Positions 1 to 10,332 of a stretch of DNA of 64,000 bases are shown piece after piece. The notes under the pieces were generated by a model, which ran no database searches, was not told where the DNA came from, and saw nothing but the letters and a program-made list of their open reading frames with translations. The stretch is from Ginglymostoma cirratum. Taxonomy: Eukaryota. Every line of letters starts with the position of its first letter. The first letter of the stretch is position 1. Where the stretch lies: assembly GCA_024137785.1 (NCBI GenBank), contig JAHRHZ010000289.1, positions 15,681,146 through 15,745,145 of the forward strand, in the 5' to 3' direction. Position numbers and translations under genes: made by a program.

Positions 1-310
1 ACCTTTCCTCCAGGGGAGGGGGAATATATTGAACCCTTCCAATAATTAAACCAGAATGCAAACCCCAATCTGTTGTGACTGGAGTATAGGTTTCCTTTGA
101 ACAATTACACTGAACCACCCAGAGAAGCTTGCCTTTCCCCTTGTAATCTGTTAAGAGTAGTTAAAAGAAAGAAAATCGCTGATCTGGAAAACTCTGCTTT
201 CTCCTTCACCCCACAAATGCCTTTTTTCTACCGATTCTGTTGTCAGGGATGTTTTTATGTAATTGCTTCTGTGAGGACTTTAAGCCAGAAATGCCATGGT
301 ATTTTTTTTT

Positions 311-439
311 TAGGATAGGTAGGATAGGTTTTTAGATAGGATAGGTTTTTAGATAGGATAGGTTTTNNNNNNNNNNTAGGATAGGTTTTTAGATAGGATA
401 GGTTTTTAGATAGGATAGGTTTTTAGATAGGATAGGTTT
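311..439. repeat. 17-bp minisatellite (TAGGATAGGTTTTTAGA)n spanning an assembly gap
   Basis: Tandem units on both sides of 10 N at 367-376. Confidence 0.9.
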
Positions 440-1200
440 CTTTAATACATAGATGACTGTGAGAGCCGATTTCATTCTGTCTGCTGGCAAATAAGTTTGC
501 CTGGCACTCGTAACAAGAATGACCACCTCCAACAAAGGAGAATCTATCATGTTCATTGATATTCAGTGGCATTATCATTGTTGAATTCCCCCCGAACAAC
601 AACCCGCGAGTTAGCATTCTTATGAACCATGAAAAGACTGTGGCGACAAAACCAGGGCAGGCTTTGGAAATATTGCAGCAAATGATTCGTTGACTGATTC
701 ACATCCTGTCCGATCCACCATCTACAAGGCGCATGTCAGGAATGTCATGGAATAATCGTATTTTGCCTGAATGAAAGCAATGTTACAGTTCAACAACATT
801 CTGGGTAGAGTTGCCCATGTGACTAGTACCCCATTTAACCCCTTCAACGTTCACTCCTTTCACCACAGTGTACCACGTGTAAAATGCAGTTCAGCACTCC
901 GCCCTAGCACCTTCCAAACCCATCACCTAGATAAGGACAAGAGCAGCTGATACATATAAGTATTGTCACCGTAATTTCCCTTCTAAGCCATTCGTTTTCC
1001 TGACTTGGAACTAAATTTCTTCTAAGTTTCTTCTTGTCACTGGGTCACAAGAGTGAGACTCCCTCCTAAACGGCACTGTTGGTGTTTCCAGACCACATTG
1101 GTCTGCAGCAGTTGAAATGGCAGCTCACCACCATGTTCTCAACTGCAATTTGGATCAACATTTACTGTCCACCGCAATCAGTGTCACCCATATCCCAAAG
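440..1200 (+). mobile_element. Degraded 3' part of a CR1-group non-LTR retroelement (family A)
   Basis: accatctacaaggcgcatgtcaggaatgtcatggaa (TIYKA.VR.VME-type C-terminal ORF2 motif) and ggcagctcaccaccatgttctcaa tail, shared with 29160-29720. Confidence 0.65.
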
Positions 1201-2916
1201 TGTCAACAGATTTTGAGGCCCCCTTGCTGTGTTGAAAAGCAATCTAAAGTTTATTTCCTCTCTTCACTCTTATTCTCTCTTTTCCTCTTTTCTCTCAGCA
1301 TTCTTTGCCATTTCCTTTTCCTTACTCTTCCTTACCCTCACCCCCTCCATCCTCTCTTCTCTTGCTGCCTGCCCAGTGCATAGAATGAAAGTATTTATGT
1401 GTGTGGGTTTGTCAGTAGGCAAATATAGAAACAATGTAGAATTTGTCATTGAGCTGTAGTATGTCTTAAGTAATAAAACAGAATCAAATTAGACCTAGAG
1501 AAGTTAGGCTTTTAATTTATGATTGTGTTAACCACTTCAAAAGGTTACAGAACTAAATGATAGAATGATTTGGGTCTTATGGACAATACCACTGTACAGT
1601 GGGTGAGATTTGGAAGAAACTGCAGTGCCAAATGACTTGTGGTAGGGTTTAGGCGCCGAGGACATTGCAGCAGGGATTCCTGGAGGAATCTTGATACTCC
1701 TGGCTGACCATGAAACAGTGGGAGATTTTGGCAGAGATTGTAGCCCAAATCCTGATGTGATTCAACCAGATTTGATGACCGATTTGTCTGGTATTTTGAG
1801 ACGGTGCACATTCTGTTGTATAGTTACTGACTCCTGGTCTAACTTTGCAAATTCTCTGCCAGGTTGTGACTTTAATATGAATTGTTTCATTAACTGTTCA
1901 GGTAGCCTGCTGTGCTGCTGCCTACCAAACCACTAAAAGAGAATTTTTTAAAACCTCTGTGCACGTCAGTTTTATGTGATGCTTGACTGAGGAAGACTTA
2001 GTTACCTTAGAGAAGGTCCTTTTTGCAGAAAAAGAAGTTTTGTATATGAGGAGCTTTCTACAGTTTACAAAAAGAATACACAGGGATTCTAGGTTCCTGC
2101 ATAATGGAATCTTTCGCCTCATGAGCCCAAAAGATTTGTGTTGGAGTCTCAAATGATCTTCTGTGCCGGCATTGATAGTAATACCTCATTTCAAAAGCAA
2201 GGGCAACCTAAATGAGAGGAAATATGTAATCTAGTGTTTTAATTGAAATGAAGAGAAAGAGCGTGCTGCTACACTGGTTGAGTTAACACACAATTCATGA
2301 ATGAATAGCATTAGGCATGTATTTCAAGTCGTCCCTGCATTTATTTTGGGCATATTATAGCCATGTAAAGCCATAATTTATGTAATTGCATGGTTTGGAT
2401 ATGTTTCTAGCTGCCTTAGACTGTAATAGCAACAGATTTTAAATTAATAGGCATTTTAAAGATACATTTGTTGAACTTTTCAGTAAGAAACTATTGACTG
2501 TCTGGATAATATCACTATTTCCATGTAAGAAAATACTACAACTTGAGTTAGTTTTGCCCACTCAGTTTTACCAAATTCAGTAACTGCTCATTGGAATTTT
2601 TTAAAGATATCTGAAGAAAAGATTCTCCTTCAAATTAAAAAAGAAATCAACATTTTAAAATTAAATCTGAGAAAATCTGTCATTGTCCTTATTCTGTATT
2701 TGTTTCTATTGCTCTTGTGAATAAATTACTCATAACAGGAATTTAGTAAATGTACATTTTGGATGATTTATTCCAAAGTTTACTAATTAGATAATTAGGA
2801 GGAAGGAATAAAGATAGATACATTGGGAATTAGTAATACTGATGTACATTTCTGATTATTTTGTATTGAGACCTATATTTTTCCTTAGTCCAGATGAACC
2901 TCTGAATCTTGTGAAA

Positions 2917-3027
2917 CCTCAAGGCAAACCAGATTTTTTTAAAACCATTATCCATTCCCAACATTATTGGATCCTCAGGGCAAACCAGATTTTTTTTCAT
3001 TAACCATTATCCATTCCCAACATTATT
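2917..3027. repeat. Local tandem duplication of about 55 bp
   Basis: cctca(a/g)ggcaaaccagattttttt...aaccattatccattcccaacattatt at 2917-2968 and 2973-3027. Confidence 0.9.
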
Positions 3028-3943
3028 TGAATTTGCCTGTGGGAGAGGTGCAACATATTACAATTACTGTGTGTTCTGGGCTTTAAAACAAAAACCGTGT
3101 CCACGGTTATTACTTCCTTCAGAACTTAGGTATGATTGGATTTTATTGTTACAGGTGTGCTGTAGATGGTCATTATTATGTTTTTCTCTATTGTAATGTT
3201 GAAAGAGGCAGTACTTCATTTTTCTCTAATATTGAAAAAGCAACTTTAAACTTTAAAGTTGGCCCATCACTCAAACAAAATCACTGATTTTTTTTTAAAC
3301 CTGATTTTCTCAAATTTGCTATGAACAATGATCATATTTAGTGGTCTGGTATATGATTGATGTAAGTTGGTTTAAATTAATTTTGTAAATTATTTTATAT
3401 TCGTAATCCATGCTACTTTTTATGAGCATTGGATTTCTTTTAAATCTGGCAAACCAGTTTGAAAATCTTTCTTTCTGAATCATCTGTCAAGTCCTCAATA
3501 CTAAGTTATCGAAAACAAATGAGCTGTAGTTTAACTGAAAATGGAAGATTTGGCCTTGGAGCAATTTGCTTTTCAGATGGAGGAGGTTTTGAGTCTTGAA
3601 TTGCGTGCGAGATTGGAGCATATATGCTATGATGTCTGTTCAAACATAAAAACAGAGTAATACATTAAGGTAGGATTGGAGAGTTGAATGCTTCAAAACC
3701 GGCAGAACTCCTACACCTGTGCTGTTCCCAAGCCAGCCCCAATGTGGATTTCTATTCTTCAGCTGTCCCAATAGTGAAAGTGCAGTAACTTGTTTCTCTG
3801 AAAGGTCAGAATCAGATTCTTGCCTTGGTCTTTCAGATTTAACACATTCTTTTGCACTACATATTTTCTGAAGTAAGGAGTTTAGGTCAAATATATGAAG
3901 TCATTCTACTTATTTTTTTTCTTTTTCCCCTCTCCTCCTGAAG

Positions 3944-3967
3944 ATTCAGAATGGGAAGAGATATATG
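3944..3967 (+). CDS. ANKHD1: Candidate 24-nt alternative microexon of ANKHD1 (DSEWEEIY), upstream of exon 3
   Basis: About 30-nt pyrimidine tract then gaag|ATTCAGAATGGGAAGAGATATATG|gtatgt. Length is a multiple of 3, the phase-1 frame is open, and TGCATG motifs lie downstream. Confidence 0.55.
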
Positions 3968-6289
3968 GTATGTGTATATTTATGGTCTGTTTGCCCATTG
4001 CCTTGATTTTTGTGTTTGCTGTTTGTGTGAAGGTGGTTTTACAGTTTTTTTTTTTGCCCCTAGTGCATTCATTTTCTGTTGCATGTTCTATGGCATTCAA
4101 AACAGTATGCGAAGTACATTACAAGTTTAAATTCAAGAAGTATAAAAAAAGTCACTAGTAGCATGTGCTTTTACAACCAAGCTATTTTAAAGTTTGAGGT
4201 AACATCTCTTTTTTCTATCCTTTTAAAATGAATATAAATTCCTTCATTTAAGTTCCTTTTGTAGATATCAACTTGATTCACAATAAATATCTGGTCAGTG
4301 GCAGAATTTTTTTGACTTCCTGGATGAATGATTTCGATTATGTTCAAGGAGGTTCTATGACATTGCATAATACACACTGTTTTGGTGTACCATGATGTTT
4401 GGAAGCATCTGACTTGATATAAAATGCATGTTACTTTTAGTTGAACGACAGTCTGTTCGCTTGATGCAATTATGTTAAGATCATGCTTTGGAGGAAAGAA
4501 ATCAGTGTTGGAGTTCAAGGTTTTATCACATGTCGCATGTTTTGACTTTTTTAAATAGTAGAATTTTTCGATGACTTATGCAGATACTTTGCTCTGAGCT
4601 CGAGCTTGTTAGGGGCATTATAAAACCTATAGTATTTCAAAATGTAAGTGTTTGAATTGTTTCTGTGACATGGTGGGGTGGATATAAATTATGCTGCCTG
4701 AAGTATATTCCATAGAAGAGCTGTTTAAATTAGTTACGTGATTGCTGCAGCATGTCTGTTTAACACACAAATTGAGTGCAAATGCTTTAATTTCTTTATT
4801 TCCTCTTCTCTCCTTGTCTGCTCCAGTCTAATTGGTTTCATTTTATCTTTCACCTTTTAGTGTTTGGCGTTGTTAGGGTTTTTTCCTGGAGATTTTCTAA
4901 CGCATGTATGCAATGAGTAAAGCTAGGTGCACCATTTAATACAATTGATAAAATAGTCCTTTCTCCCCCTCTCTCCCCACTGGTCAGCTATAGTTTAACA
5001 TTACTGACCTTACTTAGTTTTTGTTTGTAAAGAATGGGAGCTTCAAATCCTCAGTGACTATCGGTTGTGTAAGTCAGTTGGTGTAATGCAAATTGACTTG
5101 AGATGTTTGGCTAATTTGAATTGAACGTTGCTTCAGGCAAGGAATACAGATTTGAGGCTGGATAGCTTTGACGCCAGGCTGTAAGTACATTGCTGAAAAC
5201 TTAACTTGGTGGTGGTAAATGCTGATATAAGGGAAACAGCATTCCAGGATTTGGTTAATATTTTCATCAGAAACGATCACACATTGGTGTTGTGAAGACA
5301 CCGGGTGCTTTTGGGAGGAACTGTTTGTAGAGCAGTGTTTTAAGTGGCTGTTCAATGAGAAGTCTCCTTGTTACCGTTTATAAATAGCCAAATTTGTTTA
5401 TTTGACAAGCAGACTTTATTGTTTCTTTTGATCTGTGTTGTCCTCCGATTAGTTACGTACCTGTCTCTAAAAAGTTGCTTTCAGTCCAAAGGTTACAGTG
5501 TAAGCTGTCAGAAGCCTGCATTGCATTTGTTTTCTTTAGTGTGTTTGGATGAATTATCCTGTTGCAGTATTTGTTACCATTAGTGAGGTCACTTTTTTGG
5601 GATTAATTCCATCACTCTGCCTCATTCCTGGTCCTTTCTCTTCAGTGACAATGGAAGAAGACGGGTCTCTCTTGACATTGGCAGTTTCATGAAAACCTGC
5701 AACCATTACCTGTTGTCCTGCTCACTTCGTGTTATACCTCCCTTTTGTGGAACTACATGAACCTGCAAAAGGGCTCAATGAAAACTCCTGGTGAAAATGG
5801 AAGTCCAAGATGATTTGTGAACTGAAATCACATTTACTTGTAGTTATATGTTAGGATTTTATCAGCTGTCTTCTGTAGACCCAAGTTTATGTTTGGTTAA
5901 ACCTTCAATTTTATTCCTGTTTCTGCCTTTCAAAAATTAAATAGAGATAAAACAATAGGCAACAGTGCAAGTTCATTATGTAATACATTCTAATCGCACT
6001 ATGTCTTACTCCCTTGAAACAAAAATCCTGAAAAAATGGTTAGTATCTCACATTTCTTGGTTTTTTTTAGACAGCGTATGTTGGCTACAGTCTTTCACTA
6101 TTTTATAACAGAGACTACACCTTAGTAGAACTTTTTGTTAGTTGTAGTAACATAGGAAACATGCGTACTGTTTTTCTTTCTTTCGCCATTATAGGGATTG
6201 GAACATAACTAATGGAAGACTGTAGATATATGAAGATGGTCATGAAACCATTTCTAATACAGAGGGCAGCATTTGGCTCTTCGTGAAGC

Positions 6290-6960
6290 TGTTCAATCAG
6301 TCGTTTTTTTCTTGCTGTACACCCATAGTCCTATAGATTGGTTGTTCCTTTCAAGTGCCTGTCGGGTTTCCTGTTGGAATCATTGATGTTCCTTGTTTTT
6401 CTCATCCTTGTGAGCAACAAAATGTCGATCGTAGCCATTCGTTATATATAAAAAGAAATTTCTCCTTTTATGTCCTCTCCCCATCTCTTACTTTGAATCT
6501 TTGTTAGCGCAATGACCAAGGAACAGTTAATGGGAACAGCTTTGTCCTTTCCATCTTTATCCAAATCTACCATTTCCTCTGTCAAATATGCTCTAAATCA
6601 TTTTAGCTCCAAGAACAAGCCCAACTTTGCCAACCTAATTTTGGTTCCAAAAGTGGAACAGTTCAGACACATTCTGATAAATCTCCTCTGCACCTTGCTG
6701 TCCTTCCTAAAGTGTAATGACCAGAATTAGTTGTGAGACTTGAGGTGTGATTTAATAAAGTTATGCTGCTTCTGCATAAATCTCAATAGTTTTTATTCTT
6801 GGTATCTGTGAATCTCGATCTGAAATACCTATATGCTTTGTTCACCCCTCTCTCAATATGTTCTGCTACCTTCAAAGATCAATATACATGCAACCTGCAG
6901 TCCTTCTGTCCCTGCATGCACAGACTATGCCTGAAATCTGTGTTTCAAATGCTTAATTTT
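6290..6960 (-). mobile_element. Degraded CR1 LINE 3' fragment
   Basis: Reverse-complement CR1 signatures such as ataaatctcctctgcacc and ttcctaaagtgtaatgaccagaat. Confidence 0.55.
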
Positions 6961-8329
6961 GAGAGCATGCTAGTAGATAAAGCATGAAATCAACTATAGA
7001 ATTTTCAGTTTAGAGGCATAGAACGCAAACTTGGAAGTAGATTTGAATTTATATTTAAAAAGACTGAGCGCAGAGTAAAAGGTGCAGTTTTGAGTCCACC
7101 CTTTGAGGAAGATCATTAATCTGAAGTAGATATGACAAGGTAACGCTGGTCATGGGGCAGCTTTAATTATAAAGGAGATTTACATTGTGGGATTTTTTCC
7201 ATTGGAGCAGAGAAAGCCCCTGAGTTAGTTTTTCTTAAAAATACTAAGTTCTGGTGAACAGGAAAATCTATTTTGTTTGATACTTGAGTGCGCGCGCTTG
7301 GTTATTGAGTTTTGTAAAGTGATTTGGTAATGGTTTTAAAAAGTGTGTTGCAATCCACTGCTGCTGATGGCTTGTTGTGTCTCCTAGAAACCCAGTTCTG
7401 TGCACTTGGCCTGATGGTAACACAGTAAAAATTTTTAATGTCTGACATCTATGGGGCCAGGAATGTGGCGATTGATCAAATATTTTGGAATATTGAGGTC
7501 CACATAATCAACGTAAAAACATTAAGTAATAGAAATGTAATGCGGGGGTACACAAATCACTGTAAAACTATATCTACAGCATTAATCACTTAAATAATAA
7601 TGCAGCTTTGCCTTAAATAAAACTTATTGGCAGAGAGCCTTCTCAGTTGCACCTTCAACTGACTGCTTGGACAGTAGATCACAATTTTTGAGGAAAAATT
7701 GCATCAAAATTGAATTAACTGTTGATCTCTTATGTGGCCATTCAATTGAACTAGTATATTTGCATTGAGGTAAATTAAAAGTAATTATAATTAGACAGAA
7801 TAATGCAGCCAACTTCCTGTATTTGAAGTATATAATTTTTGCCAGTTCCTGAGTGCGCTGGTTCAGAAGGTGCCAGTTAAAACAAAGTTTACTGTGCTAC
7901 ATAACACAGAATTAACCTTGTGTGGCATTGAGACTTTTGTCTGCGTAATGCCAGTGTAGTTGTCATTTTGCTAGTTCAGACAAAGGTGCCTCTCATAGTG
8001 TTGACTATTACTTTGAATAAATTGCTTTTCTGTGGTTCCTTTGGCACTTGATGCTGACTCAGTCCTGCAGCTGTGCCCTTGAAGATTTAATCAGCATTTT
8101 TGAGACTGAGGCGATTACTGCTTTCAAGGTAAAAGTTGATAAATATTTGGAGCAGAGGAGTAATATTATGATGGGGAGCAAGAGTGATTGATTAATTTGG
8201 CAAAGAGCAAGAAGAGTGGTCCATGTGGCTGCTGTTTGGTTGTATAGTGTAGTTCCATAGGTCAAACGTGAGCTTGAGAGGATGGAAAATGTGACTTTGA
8301 GAGATGTGGGTGCTGATAGGCTAGCGTTT

Positions 8330-9330
8330 ATTGGCCGTTGTTGACTTTCCTTGTAAGATGCTGGTGGCCTTGAACCGTTGCTGCTGTACATTTGGTGAAG
8401 ATATTCCCCTTAGTGCAATTTTTGAATTTCACCCAGCAATGATGAAGGATCATGGTTAAGTTCCAAGTAAGGGCGGTGTTTCATGCAGCTGCTGCCCTTG
8501 TCCTAGATAATAGAGGTTGCAGGTTACGGATGCGCAGGGAAGACATCCAGCACTTTGTTTCAGGCAGGTTGTTGATGCTGCACACTGGATCTACATTGAA
8601 CCATTGGCTGGTGTATCAATGAAGTGAGCTTTTTTACTTCAGATGGTATTGAAGCTGTGTTGTTGGAGTCACAATCATTGGCATGTAGACAGTTCTCCAT
8701 TGTACTACAACAGTTGCAGATTTGAACGGTGATGCCAGAAGAACCTTGGTGGATTACTGCAGTGCATGTTGTAGATGATACACACTGCTGTTGCAGGCAG
8801 TGAATGTTATTTCCCTAAACAACACTAGTGAGCCAGATGAGTTTTCATAACAACTGGTGCTGATTAAGTATTCATCAGTAGGCCAGCTTTCCAATTCCAG
8901 ATTTTCAAAAAAAAAATCAGACTTTACTGTCTGACATGGTTAATTTCAAATTTGACTTGAGCTTTGTAGATAATCGACAACTTTTGGGAGGAGGGTTGGA
9001 AAGTGAGTTATTTACTGTGGGATTCTTCGCCTTTGACTTGCTCTTGTAGCCACAGCTAGTCTAATTCAAGACTCAGTTAACACTGTCATCCTTTGTTCAA
9101 CCTGCAAGTTGAACTGTTTTGGAGCTTCACCAGGTTGACATCTCACTTTTAGGTAAGCCTGTTGGTACTGATCATGCCCTCCTACACTCTTCTTTGAATT
9201 GTGTAGAGCAGATATTACTTGCCACACATAGATTCAAGGCTAATTATTGCCCAGGTATTGCATATCTACCTTTACTGCTGCCAAGAAGTCACCAATAGTC
9301 CTGAACATCATGTAGTTATCTAAAAACAAA
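8330..9330 (-). mobile_element. Mosaic of degraded family-A retroelement fragments
   Basis: ttccaagtaagggcgg, tgcagctgctgcccttgtcc and tgcagtgcatgttgtagatg parallel 37450-37700; 8810-8950 resembles the family-A SINE head. Confidence 0.55.
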
Positions 9331-9399
9331 GTACTGCAGATGCTGGAGATATGAAATTACAAGAAGAATCATAATTGACTTAATGTTCCAAACTGAGAA

Positions 9400-10084
9400 T
9401 TGGTGAATAAGTGCCACATAATAGCACTATTAGAACTATTTTCCATTACGATGCTGAATGAAAATAAACCAGTGGACTGATAATAGATTCAGTTGGATTG
9501 TCCTGTTTGGTGAAGGAACATTTCCTGGGAAATTTCCATTTTCTCTGGTAGATGGAGATCTGATTTATTGTCTAGGTAGGGAGGTAGTTGACAATCAACG
9601 AGAGGCACACTTACCTATATTTTTACCATATGCTATGATGCTTCGTGGGATCTGGAATCAAAGTTAAGGTCTCTACGGCCACTCCCTAATGAGAGTGTAC
9701 ACCTGTGCTAGAGACCGTCGTGGGCCTATCCAGAAAGTGGGACAAGATGTGTCTACAGATGACGATCTTTCTGGGCCATTGATGCAAAGGCATGATTTGG
9801 TGAATATGACTCGACAGTTGCTGTGGAAAAAGTACTGTGACTGTATGAGACAGTTTGCCCAATTCTGGCACAAATCGCTACATGTTAGGGTTGTTTGGAA
9901 TGATTGTGTTTCTGGAATTCTAAATCTGATGCCTGTGTAGATATTCAATGTTCTAACTGATTTTATTCTCACTATCATTTGTCCTAGTGGTTTGGCACAG
10001 CTCGCCGTCTTGGTAGGCCATTTCAGAGAACAGTTAAAAATCAACCAACTTTTGTTGTAGATCTCAACCCTCCAGTTCCAGAAC
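9400..10084 (-). mobile_element. Family-A element: SINE core joined to endonuclease N-terminus (interrupted by CR1)
   Basis: Minus strand reads PNM*RFVPELGKLSH (APE motif I-like). The core box ggccatttcagagaacagttaaaaatcaacca is at about 10015-10045. Confidence 0.6.
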
Positions 10085-10332
10085 CAGGATTTTGCTTTCA
10101 GGATATGGGGTAGGCCATTTAGGACTGAGATGAGAAATTTTTTCACCCAGCGCATGGTGAGCTTTTGAAATTCTGACATAGTATGTACTTGAGGTCAAAA
10201 CATTGAATGTTTTCAAGAAGGAGCTTGATTATAGTTCTTGGGGCTAAAGGAGTCAAAGAGCATGGGAAGAAAGCAGGAAAAGCATGATGGGTTGGATGAT
10301 TCAACTTTGTTATTTTGAATGGTGGAGCAGTA
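10085..10332 (+). mobile_element. Older CR1 3' end, left part (resumes at about 12803-12850)
   Basis: ccatttaggactgagatgagaaattttttcacccag...gaatggtggagcag; tail gactgaatgacctactcctgttcctattttct resumes after 12800. Confidence 0.7.

Noticed and set aside
311-439. CRISPR-like repeat array
   Set aside because: Units are contiguous with no unique spacers, in a eukaryotic context; it is a minisatellite at an assembly gap
9673-10179. 168-aa minus-strand ORF and other 60-150 aa ORFs in the supplied track
   Set aside because: They span junctions of decayed TEs, are antisense to exons, or are low-complexity chance ORFs; none resembles an independent gene
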